Of a stretch of 59,081 bases of DNA, positions 19,984-29,870 are shown in pieces. The DNA comes from a virus (taxonomy: Duplodnaviria > Caudoviricetes): the IMG/VR virus record IMGVR_UViG_3300033143_004027, positions 1 through 59,081 of that record; one strand, written 5' to 3'. A program made the position numbers and the translations under genes. Numbering within the stretch: the stretch's first letter is position 1; each line of letters begins with the position of its first letter. The notes beneath the pieces were generated by a model. The model saw only the letters and a program-made list of their open reading frames with translations, searched no databases and was not told the DNA's origin.

Positions 19984-21063
19984 CTATGCCCAAGATGCCC
20001 CTGATAAATCGCTTGAGATTGTCTGGAGGTCATCCGAAGTATCTGTATAGGCAAGGTAGACATTCCCGCCCGCCTGCACCCAACCGTCCCCAGTCTGGTT
20101 TCCAGTAACACCCATATCAATCTCAGTTTCCACATCGTAGCTGCTACCATTCCAGCGCAGAAGATTGAGCTTCAGGTTATTGCTGCTGTCCTTACAAACT
20201 ATCATCACATCTCGGCTCGCGGGAAGTGGTATTGCTGCTGGGTCTGTCCTGTCGGCTCTGATTAGCACGGGTGCACTCCAGGTGTCATTGTCATAATAGA
20301 TATACTGGCAATCACCGTCAAGGTCAAAGGCCACATAGCGGCGGCCACCAGGTTGGAGCCAGGCAGTATGATTAGGCACGCCCTCGGCAAGTATTACCTC
20401 ATCATCACCATCGGTTTCACGCCGCTCATATAGATTGTCTGCTGATGCCGAATAGACCCAAACGGGGCTACCCACCTCCGCCTCCAGTGCCGCCACAGTA
20501 ACGGGCAGTGTCCACTCGACATAAAGTTGAGGCCCGTAGCTGCCATAGTCATGGCTGTAGAACTCAGATGCTTCGGGTTGGGTGCTACCACTATAGAGAC
20601 TAAAGCCCATATAAGCAGGTGGCGAATAGTCTTCTAGATTAACATACCACTGGATAGAATCAGTAAGGGGGATAACCCCCAGCCCGTGTTGCCAGTAACT
20701 ATTTATGGGTGTCCAGTCGGGGAGGCCTGCCGAGTCGTAATGTCCCTCCTCGAAATCGGAGAAGTCTGTTGGGCGTGGGTAATTTGCGGTTGTAAGTTCA
20801 AGGCGTGTTCCAGAATAAACTGTAATAAACTGGGGCAGTTTTTCATTCCCTTGGGCGGGCACCAGCCGGAGGCGGGCATCGGTTATAGTTGCGTTAGCAG
20901 GAACGGAAATCTGAAAGCGCCCAGACATTCCCCAACTACTACCCATAAAGATATATTCACACCTGATAGTTGTATCGTCAACGGGGAGCCAAGTATCCAT
21001 CGGCGTTGCCCGCCAACCCCTGTCATCATTTCCGCTTAGAATATTATAGGTTGCGCTTGGCAC
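19984..21063 (-). CDS. Tail protein with a DNRLRE-like N-domain and beta-propeller-like C-domain
   Basis: RF.ISVPANATITDARLRL ... PQLYVEW. Confidence 0.55.
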   Translation of the reverse strand: MPSATYNILSGNDDRGWRATPMDTWLPVDDTTIRCEYIFMGSSWGMSGRFQISVPANATITDARLRLVPAQGNEKLPQFITVYSGTRLELTTANYPRPTDFSDFEEGHYDSAGLPDWTPINSYWQHGLGVIPLTDSIQWYVNLEDYSPPAYMGFSLYSGSTQPEASEFYSHDYGSYGPQLYVEWTLPVTVAALEAEVGSPVWVYSASADNLYERRETDGDDEVILAEGVPNHTAWLQPGGRRYVAFDLDGDCQYIYYDNDTWSAPVLIRADRTDPAAIPLPASRDVMIVCKDSSNNLKLNLLRWNGSSYDVETEIDMGVTGNQTGDGWVQAGGNVYLAYTDTSDDLQTISSDLSGASWA

Positions 21064-21123
21064 TGCCTCCCCCCATCGGGCCCTGCCCTGTATTTGCTAT
21101 TTGAATATTTGGCATAAGTATTC

Positions 21124-22041
21124 CTATAGGACGCGGGGTTCCCGTGCGGGCCTTGCCCCCAGCTTGTAAACATTCTTTTCGGGCTGCCAGCGAACGGTGT
21201 AGTATTCTCCACCCGTCACATAAACATCGCGCAGGGGCGGCAGGTAGTTATCATCCCAATACGTTACAAGCCCATCCCCCATACACGACCAGCAGGTGCC
21301 GTGTTCCCATCCCAAGTACGGCAGCGGGTAATCGCAAGGATTAGGGTCAATGCCAGTGCCATTGCAAACGGAGCAAACCTTGTCTTTTACCAAGAATGGC
21401 AGCGCACCTACTGCAATTTTGCTCAGCAAATTACCAGATAAATCATATTGCCATATCTGTGTCGGTCGGCGATAACGGACGCCCGACAGCACTACCCGAA
21501 GAACCCCGCCGGCAAAGTCCATGCCCCACTTGTGGCAATCGTAGTGTCCGGTGTCTGCGTCAATAGTTGCTTGCCACGCGCCCCCCGTTGTGAACCTGCC
21601 GATATAAGCCTTGGTCTCCGATGTTAGCCATAGGTGGCTACCATCCCAAGCAAGCCCAGTCGGAAACGGTAGAAACTCTTCGGGAATAGCCCAGCCCGCA
21701 AGTTCGCTTCCAGTTGTTGCAAACTGCCGTACCATTTGCCCGCATGAGTCTACTACCCAAAGATGTGTCCCGTCCCAAGCAATGTCCTGTATGCAACCAT
21801 TCACAACCTGCCATTGTACCGCCACATCGCCCGATGCACCGAGTCCATAGACGGTGCCACCAAAGGCCGTCCATAAATAGCCCCCGCCGAGACAGACATA
21901 TTGCAATTGGCGAGCCACGGTAGTGTGGTCGGCCTCTATCATCTCCACCTCGGGTACTGGCCAGTGGACGGTTGGCCACGGCTCAGCAACTGCCAGGCTA
22001 CCAGTTGCCAGCAACACTAAAACACAAATTAGCTTCTTCAT
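21124..22041 (-). CDS. Secreted beta-propeller (YncE/glutaminyl-cyclase-like) with an inserted CxxCxGxG Zn finger
   Basis: Signal peptide; repeated IAWDGTHLWV / LAWDGSHLWL; CSVCNGTG...CWSCMGDG. Confidence 0.6.
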   Translation of the reverse strand: MKKLICVLVLLATGSLAVAEPWPTVHWPVPEVEMIEADHTTVARQLQYVCLGGGYLWTAFGGTVYGLGASGDVAVQWQVVNGCIQDIAWDGTHLWVVDSCGQMVRQFATTGSELAGWAIPEEFLPFPTGLAWDGSHLWLTSETKAYIGRFTTGGAWQATIDADTGHYDCHKWGMDFAGGVLRVVLSGVRYRRPTQIWQYDLSGNLLSKIAVGALPFLVKDKVCSVCNGTGIDPNPCDYPLPYLGWEHGTCWSCMGDGLVTYWDDNYLPPLRDVYVTGGEYYTVRWQPEKNVYKLGARPAREPRVL

Positions 22042-22094
22042 CTTACTTGCCTCCGTGAGTTCTGGATTGGCACTTTCCAACAGTATACCCAGAC

Positions 22095-22349
22095 TCACGA
22101 TGATTTAACCTTCCCTCGCACCCAGTCCCACTCTGTTGTTGACTGCCCGCCGCCACGAAGCGTTATTGCCATCTCGCCACCCTCAAAGATTATGACGCCG
22201 CCCTCGCCGACATCGTGGTAAGGGCCAGTTACTGCTTGCCCACCGACAAAGATGATAGTGCCACCGTCGTTATGCCAATAAGGCATAATCTGCTCGCCGC
22301 CTGCAAAGACCGCAAGCCCCCCGTCAGCGTGGCTATAAGAGGCCATCAC
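22095..22349 (-). CDS. Small Gly-rich repeat protein
   Basis: Three GGxxxFxGG repeats. Confidence 0.55.
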   Translation of the reverse strand: MMASYSHADGGLAVFAGGEQIMPYWHNDGGTIIFVGGQAVTGPYHDVGEGGVIIFEGGEMAITLRGGGQSTTEWDWVRGKVKSS

Positions 22350-22999
22350 TAACCCCCCACATAGGAACCGAAGCTGAACTGCTGCTTCACCGTTGGGTTC
22401 ATATAAGTGCCAGTCTGCCGAATATCACCGTCAATAAATAGCTGGCAACCATCTCCTCGCCCGACGAGCTTGACGCGCCGCCACGTTGTCATATTGATAG
22501 CCACATTGTCCTCGCCGTCTATGTTCACGCCGTCTGAACGCAACCAGGCGGTGTACTGCCGAGTCCCGTCAAAGATGCTCATAGCCGCGCCACGGTTTGC
22601 CCCGCTGCCACCGACGGACACACGAACCCGCGCCTCAAGTATACTGCCAGTTGCGTTATCTAATGTGGCCTGTATTGGCGAAGAATAGTACAGGTGCTCG
22701 TCATCAGTGTCATCGGTTATAGTGAACACATCACCGTCGCTGGAATGTGCCACGGTTCCCGAAAGCGTCTCTGCCCACGTGGGGGAGTCGGCGTCAGGGT
22801 CAACATCGCCCTTGTAGTAGACAAGCCACATATCGTCAATGAAGAACTTGTCGGCAGAGGCGGGTGTGCTGTCTATCAGTTCGCTCAGAAACTCGGCGCC
22901 CACTGCTTGCCGCGTGGTCAAGTCATATACCAGGACAGCCCTGCGTTCACCGGCGGCGCGGCGGAAAACCTTGATAAACCTATCGCTGGCTATGCTCAC
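22349..22999 (-). CDS. Minor tail protein (lectin-like C-domain)
   Basis: Tail module; WRRVKLV...LFIDG. Confidence 0.55.
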   Translation of the reverse strand: MSIASDRFIKVFRRAAGERRAVLVYDLTTRQAVGAEFLSELIDSTPASADKFFIDDMWLVYYKGDVDPDADSPTWAETLSGTVAHSSDGDVFTITDDTDDEHLYYSSPIQATLDNATGSILEARVRVSVGGSGANRGAAMSIFDGTRQYTAWLRSDGVNIDGEDNVAINMTTWRRVKLVGRGDGCQLFIDGDIRQTGTYMNPTVKQQFSFGSYVGG

Positions 23000-23363
23000 G
23001 GTTTAGTCTCCAGTGACGGATAACATCCGTGTCATTGTGTTGTGTGCTAATCTCTAAGATTCGCGCAGTTCGTCTACTCAATCCAATTACCAGATGGGGC
23101 ACCCCACGGTGCAGGCGTCTACGATCCCCTTCGTCTAAACGTATTGCGCGCGCCCAGTACCCCCCAGTCCCCACAATCAGTATTATACTGCCCTGCAATA
23201 CAATGAAGGTCTCATCTTTGACGCGGTGCTCGTGATAACTACCCCCCTTAGAATGTTCGACCTCCAGAATCTTCGCACAGTATAAGTCAGTATTTACAAG
23301 CCACAATTCGCGCCCCCACGTTTTATCTACCCGCCGGAATGCCATAGTCTCCCAATCTATCAT
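22980..23363 (-). CDS. Cupin, sugar-phosphate-isomerase-like
   Basis: KTWGRELW..N...YCAKIL...SYHEH..KDETF...H...EIST. Confidence 0.75.
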   Translation of the reverse strand: MIDWETMAFRRVDKTWGRELWLVNTDLYCAKILEVEHSKGGSYHEHRVKDETFIVLQGSIILIVGTGGYWARAIRLDEGDRRRLHRGVPHLVIGLSRRTARILEISTQHNDTDVIRHWRLNREHSQR

Positions 23364-25417
23364 ACTCGCTCCAACCTCAGTTGCAGGCGGGCCTCTGGTT
23401 CCCACTTGTGGCCAATGCCTACAATCTCAAAGGTGCCGCCGTCCATAACCACAGACTGCATCAGGTCAAGGCTTGTATTCCAGTCGGTCTCCACATCGTA
23501 TTGCAGTTGCGGGGTGCCGTGACGGTCAACAATTATGTCCAGTGCGTCCTCGACTTGCGCCTCGGTACGCAGATTTGTGTCAACCACTATCAGCATCTTC
23601 TCGTAGCCAAGATAGTTGCTGTAGGAGGCATCGTTGACTGAGTTCCCGTCGTAGTGGACGGCTACCACGGTGTCACCGCGAATATCACGCCCGATGACTG
23701 TGATATAGTTGAAGTATTCCTCTTCATTGCGAAACTGGCGGGCGTTGATATATCTTAGCTCGTTGGCCCCCGCGCTATAGGGAACCAGCGTTATACCCGA
23801 GGCGGTCAATGCCCCAGACTCGTAGTGTATATGCCCGTCCTTATCGGCCCACAATTCGTAGCCCGAAACCTGCTTACTGATATACTCAATTGCCTCGCGA
23901 ATAAACTGACCGTCGCGCCACTGGAAGTTCGGCCTTTCACAGCCAATGGCCTCTGGCAATGTCAAGTCGGTGGACGCCACCGGGCAAGTAAAGTCGGTGT
24001 CAGCCAGCCCCGCCCGCTTGAGCAACCGTGAAACGAAGGCAGTGTGCAATTCCCCATCGCCAATGTAGCTGTCGGACAGCGGGACCTCCAGGCGGCTCAG
24101 CGTATCTCGTCCATTAAGCAGCAGCGCACTCATACCGCTCTGTTCTTCGGGCAGTTCGCGGTTCTGTAAGTAGCCGCTCCAGACAGTGGTGCCTGCCTCG
24201 GAAATGTTAGCCGCCATCCGCATTGTGGTCTTGATGCCGTCCATACGACCGTCGCGATTGTAAAGGTTCACACTGGCAGTCCGCCGCCCGCGCTTGGCTG
24301 CGTTCAAGTCCAGGCCCAACAAGTTTCCGCCCGGCGTTATCTGCGTCGCCGTCGGTGTATGGGTTTCGGTGGTTGGCTCAATGTCAAACTGCATCCAGTA
24401 AATCTCTGGTGACATTTCCCCATCGCAGCCACTGAACGTTATCTTCGGCGAAAACTCCCGGAATGCGGTGGCAGGCGGGCTGGATATATTGTTGCCCGCA
24501 GCATCAACTATTGTATAGCTGACACCAAAAGAATGACCCGCCCGTGGAGTGCCCAGCCCATAGTTCGCAACCGACCACTCGCCGTCGTATTCCCAGGGCA
24601 GCGATTGCAGCGGCAGCGTGATAAAGCCGTCCGTCTTGAATGTCATATACCGATAGCCGAAGTAGAATGCCCCCGAAGAGACGGACAGGGTAACCTTGCT
24701 CGTCGGGCATATTGTCCGAACGGTATAGGCCCCGTCTTCGCTCACCGTTGGCTCGTCGTCAATATACATAATCGGCTCATAGTTCATAGCCTGAATATGC
24801 AATAGCTGCTGGTTGGTAGGGTAAATCGTTAGGCGCAGATGCTTATTGAAGATATTATCTACCGATGGCCCGTTGGCCACGTGCTGCCAGTTATCCTCTT
24901 CTTCACCGATAGCCATATTGCGGTACAGGTGAATACTACCATTGTACAGAAACCTCAGGAAGTACCTGTCACAAAATTGCAGGTCGGCAAACCAGGCAGT
25001 GTCATAAACCTCCAACAAGTATAGGTCAACAAAGCACGGCTGGTTATCCTCTGGGTCAAAAGTGCTTGTCAGTGTACACGCCATCGCGCTGGGGTTCTGC
25101 TGTAATATAGCCTTGCCTGGCGCACCCCAGATGCCAGAAACCTCTACATAGCTTGCCCCCGTACCGCCCTGTGTCCACTCGGCAAGTTGCGCTTCCGTTG
25201 GTTCAAGCTCATATATCGGCTCCAATGTTATAAGTTGGGTGGATGTCAGCAGGCCGCTTTGCCTATCCTTCTTTCCATCCCAGAGCCACAGATTCTCGCC
25301 ACCCCTGCGTCCCTGCCATAGCCCTGGTTCGTTCGGATACCAGCGCCGCGTGAAGCCAGGTTGCTTCAGACGGTTATCGGGAGTATTGAGCCAGACTGTG
25401 GGTTTATGAGATGGCAT
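23360..25417 (-). CDS. Tail tip / baseplate hub protein
   Basis: 685 aa after the tape measure gene; NYITVIG hub-like C-terminal half. Confidence 0.65.
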   Translation of the reverse strand: MPSHKPTVWLNTPDNRLKQPGFTRRWYPNEPGLWQGRRGGENLWLWDGKKDRQSGLLTSTQLITLEPIYELEPTEAQLAEWTQGGTGASYVEVSGIWGAPGKAILQQNPSAMACTLTSTFDPEDNQPCFVDLYLLEVYDTAWFADLQFCDRYFLRFLYNGSIHLYRNMAIGEEEDNWQHVANGPSVDNIFNKHLRLTIYPTNQQLLHIQAMNYEPIMYIDDEPTVSEDGAYTVRTICPTSKVTLSVSSGAFYFGYRYMTFKTDGFITLPLQSLPWEYDGEWSVANYGLGTPRAGHSFGVSYTIVDAAGNNISSPPATAFREFSPKITFSGCDGEMSPEIYWMQFDIEPTTETHTPTATQITPGGNLLGLDLNAAKRGRRTASVNLYNRDGRMDGIKTTMRMAANISEAGTTVWSGYLQNRELPEEQSGMSALLLNGRDTLSRLEVPLSDSYIGDGELHTAFVSRLLKRAGLADTDFTCPVASTDLTLPEAIGCERPNFQWRDGQFIREAIEYISKQVSGYELWADKDGHIHYESGALTASGITLVPYSAGANELRYINARQFRNEEEYFNYITVIGRDIRGDTVVAVHYDGNSVNDASYSNYLGYEKMLIVVDTNLRTEAQVEDALDIIVDRHGTPQLQYDVETDWNTSLDLMQSVVMDGGTFEIVGIGHKWEPEARLQLRLERV

Positions 25418-25423
25418 AATTAT

Positions 25424-25540
25424 TTACAGTAGTGATGTAATAAATACATAGGTAAAATGCCCAACCAGTGCCGCCAGGAAGATTATCACTACAATTCCCA
25501 CCCAAAACCCAATTGTCGGCGAGCCGTTCTCGTTATCCAT
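25424..25540 (-). CDS. 38-aa single-TM peptide
   Basis: MDNENGSPTIGFWVGIVVIIFLAALVGHFTYVFITSLL; GGGG RBS. Confidence 0.5.
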   Translation of the reverse strand: MDNENGSPTIGFWVGIVVIIFLAALVGHFTYVFITSLL

Positions 25541-25556
25541 TTAATTCCCCGCCCCC

Positions 25557-27923
25557 CTAATAAGACAGGGCGGGCAATTGTTGTACGCCTTCTGTCAGAA
25601 CATCAGTAAGGTGGTTAGTTATTGCCCGTTTGCCCTCTTCGTTGAGTCCGGCTATGTCAACTACTACGCGGATTTCGTTAGTGCCGACGGCACGGACAGC
25701 TCCAGCACCTATTCCCTGACGCAGGCCTGCACCAGAAACGCGGCCAATAGCCTCCTGGATGCCGCGCCCAAGGGTTCCGCCGATAACCGCCTGAATTGCA
25801 TCGCGAACAGAGTCGCCCTTCTTTATTAGCCTGTCATAATCGCGGGCGGCCTTCAGGCGTTCGCGGTCGGCTTCTTTCCAGGCCCTTTCTTGCATTCGGA
25901 TGATTTCTTTGCGGTATGCCTGTTCGGCTTCCAGTATTGCCACCTGGGCACGTTCGGTTTCTCGCAGAGCATCCCCCACTGCACGAGCAGCCTTGACTTC
26001 ATCCTCCTCAAATGCCGCCGCGATGCCCGTAGCCTTAGCTATGGCCTCGGCAAATACTGCCGCCTGCTGGCGATATTCAATTTCTAAGAGAAGTTGTGAA
26101 AGCCTATCATCTGTAAGTGCCCTTGCCCGACGGTAGCCAATTTCAAGCTGTTCTTCGCCGCTCCGTAATTTCTCAATGTAAAGATTGGCACGCTCAAGAG
26201 CCACTGCTACAGCGTCAACTTCATCACTGGGAGGTAGTACGGGCGGAACTGCAATAGCGGCCAATTCTTCGGCTTCGGGTGCTGGGACATCCTTCAGCAT
26301 CTCTCCGCGCAGAGCCTTAATGGATGCAAAGGCTGCTTTCATAACCTTGGTTATAACAGCGTGCCAGCGCACTGTCCGTTGGCCGGCTTCCTCAAGGATG
26401 GCAATAGCTGTCTTGCCATATTCTAATGCCTTCCGAGGACTCCAAAGAAGATTAGCGGCGGCAGCCACCAGGTAAAAGTGGGCGCGGACTGTTTCCAGTA
26501 TTTCGATAAAGGAGAGCAGTGCTTCTGCCGCCAGCCCAATACCCTTGAGTATTGCAACTGCCATATCCAGTACGGCGTCCTTGCTATCATCAGCAGCAGT
26601 ATCTGCATCCTCCAGGCTTTTCTTGTATTCATCAATACCAGCCTTGAGCGCCCTGCCAGCCAGCGTTGCCGCATCAACAACATCCTTCGCCAAATATTGA
26701 GTAAGTCCACCAATACTTACCCGCAGGTTCTCCCACTCAGCAGCGAGCTTATCGATAGAACCCGCTAGGCTGTTCATCGCTATATCGGCTTGTTCCTGGG
26801 CCTTGCCGGTTTCACGAATCTGGCTATCCAGTTCATCCCAAACCTCAACCCCGCCCTGTAAGATTTGCGTCCATACCAATGCGCGGGCACCGAAGACCTC
26901 GGTTGCAGATGCTGCATCCCATTGAGCTTGCGACAAATATTCAATTAGTTCGCGGGGCTTGCTAAGTAATGATGCTGCTACCTCCCACTCAAGGCCCAAT
27001 CTCTTCATTGCGTCACGCGCTTTGTCTCCGCCCTGGGCTAGTTGTATAAGCCCCATACGGAATGCCGTACCCGCCTGGGTGCCGCGCAAGCCAACATTAT
27101 AGAATTGACCCAGCACGTTCAGTATATCATAGAAGCCCCAGCCAAACTGTCGGCCAGCCGAAGCCGCATAAATCATTGCATTTTGCAGTTTATCAAAGCT
27201 CGCCATTGTAACTGCGTTTACTGCCGCGAAACCGTCCACTACAGCAGCGGACTTATCGGTTTCAATGCCGAGTGCCTTCATTGTCGAAACAAGCAATCCG
27301 GTGGCAGCATCCAAATCCGCATTGAGTGCTGCCGCGAGCAATGCCGCCGGCCCCAATGTATCCAAGGCCTCCTCCGTGCTCAGGCCGGCGCTATACAAGA
27401 ACCATAAACCCTCGCCCGCCGAGGTTGCCCCGAAGCCCAACGCGGCGAGTTCGTCCAAAGGCAGACTATCGCGCAGGTCAGAGATTTCCTCTTCAGTGAG
27501 GCCAGCCACAGATGCGGCCTTGCGCAAAGCGTCCTCAGCATCGCGGGCGGCCTTGGTAACATCTATTAATCCCGCTGCTGCCCCACCAGCCGCCGCCAGT
27601 GTCGCTGCCGCCAGGGCCGCAAATGCAGCAGCGGCCAACAAAACCCCCGCCGTCAATGCTGCAATAGTTATAGTCAATGGTGAAACAACGGCCTCCAAGC
27701 CAACCGTAGCCGTGGTGGCCGCACTTTCCGCCGCCGCCATTTCCCCGGCACTGCCGGCAGCCAGCTTTTGGCCACCGGCTAACTGTACAGAGGCGACGCT
27801 AGTGCCCAACTCAGACAGCCCCAGCTCCTTAACCGACGCGGAACTACTACGCATCGCGGCCCGGTAGGCACTGTGCCCAGTCGCCATAATAATTGTTTGT
27901 AGCCTGTCTACCTGGGTAGCCAT
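25557..27923 (-). CDS. Tape measure protein (TP901-type)
   Basis: Ala-rich helical; L.SAG, GLRGTQAGTAFR, EVFGARA motifs; follows the tail chaperones. Confidence 0.9.
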   Translation of the reverse strand: MATQVDRLQTIIMATGHSAYRAAMRSSSASVKELGLSELGTSVASVQLAGGQKLAAGSAGEMAAAESAATTATVGLEAVVSPLTITIAALTAGVLLAAAAFAALAAATLAAAGGAAAGLIDVTKAARDAEDALRKAASVAGLTEEEISDLRDSLPLDELAALGFGATSAGEGLWFLYSAGLSTEEALDTLGPAALLAAALNADLDAATGLLVSTMKALGIETDKSAAVVDGFAAVNAVTMASFDKLQNAMIYAASAGRQFGWGFYDILNVLGQFYNVGLRGTQAGTAFRMGLIQLAQGGDKARDAMKRLGLEWEVAASLLSKPRELIEYLSQAQWDAASATEVFGARALVWTQILQGGVEVWDELDSQIRETGKAQEQADIAMNSLAGSIDKLAAEWENLRVSIGGLTQYLAKDVVDAATLAGRALKAGIDEYKKSLEDADTAADDSKDAVLDMAVAILKGIGLAAEALLSFIEILETVRAHFYLVAAAANLLWSPRKALEYGKTAIAILEEAGQRTVRWHAVITKVMKAAFASIKALRGEMLKDVPAPEAEELAAIAVPPVLPPSDEVDAVAVALERANLYIEKLRSGEEQLEIGYRRARALTDDRLSQLLLEIEYRQQAAVFAEAIAKATGIAAAFEEDEVKAARAVGDALRETERAQVAILEAEQAYRKEIIRMQERAWKEADRERLKAARDYDRLIKKGDSVRDAIQAVIGGTLGRGIQEAIGRVSGAGLRQGIGAGAVRAVGTNEIRVVVDIAGLNEEGKRAITNHLTDVLTEGVQQLPALSY

Positions 27924-27929
27924 TGGTTC

Positions 27930-28187
27930 CTACTTGTGCGTGAGTTGGTGTAGGATTTGCGGGTCCTTGAACTTTTTGCCACAGACATCGCAGGTCACTT
28001 CCAGATTATCACGCAACCACTCGTCGCGGCAGGATGGACAGAGGTGTGGCTTCTCCAGTTCCTCAAGTGCAGCCAATTCTGCGTAGGCAACTGGCAGCAC
28101 GGGAACCTCTGATGGTAAACGGTGCAGATACTTGACACACAATCTTAACTCGTTAAATCGTCTTGTATCTGCTCGTAGACTTTTTTT
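27930..28187 (-). CDS. Tail assembly chaperone, -1 frameshift extension (gpGT-like)
   Basis: -1 frame is open from the A7 run through LCVKYLHRLPSE. Confidence 0.7.
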   Translation of the reverse strand, partial: KKSLRADTRRFNELRLCVKYLHRLPSEVPVLPVAYAELAALEELEKPHLCPSCRDEWLRDNLEVTCDVCGKKFKDPQILHQLTHK

Positions 28188-28588
28188 GCCAGCTCAACCT
28201 CAATGTCAGTCGCACCGCTGAGTTCCTTTATCTTTTCAACAATGCGCTCGATGGTCCCACCGTCTGCCTTATCCAATTCAAAGAGCCACTGTTGGTAGTC
28301 GAACTTCGGCTCTACCACACCCAGCGCAAGCCACGCCGCACACTCACCGAGCTTAAACTGTTCCTCGCGGTCTTCGCCCTTTGCGCTCATAGCCGCCTTG
28401 TACCGCAGACCCTTGAATGCCTGGTAGTCCTTCGCACTGAGGCTCTGCACGCGACAACCTTCAACAACAGCGGTTTGCCGCCGGCTGCGAAGCTGTTGGA
28501 GGAAGTCGTCACCAGAAAGCACGGTATCTTCGGCAACCACTTCCTCTTCAGCAACTTCGGGTTCCTGCTTGTCCTTGTCTTCGTTCAT
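28145..28588 (-). CDS. Tail assembly chaperone (gpG-like)
   Basis: Between the tail tube and TMP genes; GVVEPK, I.ELSG. Confidence 0.75.
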   Translation of the reverse strand: MNEDKDKQEPEVAEEEVVAEDTVLSGDDFLQQLRSRRQTAVVEGCRVQSLSAKDYQAFKGLRYKAAMSAKGEDREEQFKLGECAAWLALGVVEPKFDYQQWLFELDKADGGTIERIVEKIKELSGATDIEVELAKKVYEQIQDDLTS

Positions 28589-28610
28589 CGGGTTTCCCCC
28601 TTTCTAATTG

Positions 28611-29006
28611 TTAGCTGAATGCCCAGGTGCCAGTGCCTTGGAAGCTCCAAGACTCTTCGTTGGGGTCATTGCTGACGGAAACGCCCACAGTAGTTAGATA
28701 GCCACTACCGCTGAATGTCCCACCGTCAAACAGGTTGGCCTGGAAACCTATCGGCGTCTCGTTGATTGAGTGCTGGGCACGAAGCAACTCGGCGCTGCCC
28801 GAACCAACCAGGTTAGTGCCGCTGGCCGTCCAGCCTATGTGTCTGTTAGAATAATGCTTGACATCATCCTTGACGGCAGTATGCTCCACATTGTCGGTTG
28901 TAAACTCAATGTTACAACCCGTGAAGCGGGCCAGGTAATCGTAAGTATCTATCTTGAAAAGCGTCCCGTCTTTGCCAATGATGCTATTGGATGGCATACT
29001 GCTCAA
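28611..29006 (-). CDS. Tail tube protein (paralogue 2)
   Basis: W..SG...FSGSGYLT...SFQGTG. Confidence 0.7.
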   Translation of the reverse strand: MSSMPSNSIIGKDGTLFKIDTYDYLARFTGCNIEFTTDNVEHTAVKDDVKHYSNRHIGWTASGTNLVGSGSAELLRAQHSINETPIGFQANLFDGGTFSGSGYLTTVGVSVSNDPNEESWSFQGTGTWAFS

Positions 29007-29012
29007 CCTCCA

Positions 29013-29405
29013 TTATGAAGTGGTGTAGGCGCCGGTGGCGCGGAATACGAAAGACTCGACATTGGCACCGTCGCCCACCGCTACCTCTGACGAAGTGATA
29101 TATCCGTCGGCGGCTATAGTGCCGCCGTCTACTAAATTGCAAACTACGGTTACTGCTACTGGACTGGGTGGTGTGAGGCCTCGGAAAACCTCGGCATATC
29201 CTGCCGATGGTACGAAACTGCTGCTGCTGATTTCTAACCCTAAACGCGTCGGCTCAATATACTCGTAGTCATCTTGCGGGCCGTGGCGTTCGACAACGGT
29301 TTGCCTCTGGCGCACCGTGCAGTCAGTAAAGTAGCCAAGGTAATTGTTGCCGTCTACCGTATAAACCGTTCCATCCTTGCCTATGCGGACATTACCGCCG
29401 GACAT
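29013..29405 (-). CDS. Tail tube protein (paralogue 1)
   Basis: Colinear homologue of 28611-29006. Confidence 0.65.
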   Translation of the reverse strand: MSGGNVRIGKDGTVYTVDGNNYLGYFTDCTVRQRQTVVERHGPQDDYEYIEPTRLGLEISSSSFVPSAGYAEVFRGLTPPSPVAVTVVCNLVDGGTIAADGYITSSEVAVGDGANVESFVFRATGAYTTS

Positions 29406-29870
29406 TTACAAACCCCCCATAATAGCGGGCCGATAAGCCTTGCCCCGCGCCGCCTTGATGTTCTGGTTGCGCTCTGATTTTGTGCGCTTGAGGGCTTCCT
29501 TTAATATGGGGCGCTCTATCATATATTTAGTGCCCAGCATAAACCTTGCATACTTGGCTGCGTTCCAGATAGTGCCCTGGGCCTTGTTGGTGCCAACAAT
29601 AAAGTTCCAGTGCCAAGAGCGGTGAAACTTGCCGAGTTGCTTATTGATTATGTGCGCGGCTACTGGCAAGCGACCAGGGCGGCGGCGAGCATACGGGTGG
29701 CCCATTCGGCGCAGGTCGGCTAATGAAGCGAACCGCCGCTGCGAGAATTGACGGGCCTTCGTGTAGACGGCCTTCGTGTTCTTCTTGGTGGCGGCAGAGA
29801 TTTCCTTCAGATATTTCTCGCCCCGCCGTTCCATACCGACGGCCAATCTGTTAGCGTTGGAAGTTATCAT
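29406..29870 (-). CDS. Neck / tail completion protein (HK97 gp10-like)
   Basis: Basic; YARFM.GTKYM..RP.L. Confidence 0.7.
   Translation of the reverse strand: MITSNANRLAVGMERRGEKYLKEISAATKKNTKAVYTKARQFSQRRFASLADLRRMGHPYARRRPGRLPVAAHIINKQLGKFHRSWHWNFIVGTNKAQGTIWNAAKYARFMLGTKYMIERPILKEALKRTKSERNQNIKAARGKAYRPAIMGGL

Noticed and set aside
16810-25417. Diversity-generating retroelement acting on tail genes
   Set aside because: No reverse transcriptase and no TR/VR pair differing at adenines was noticed.
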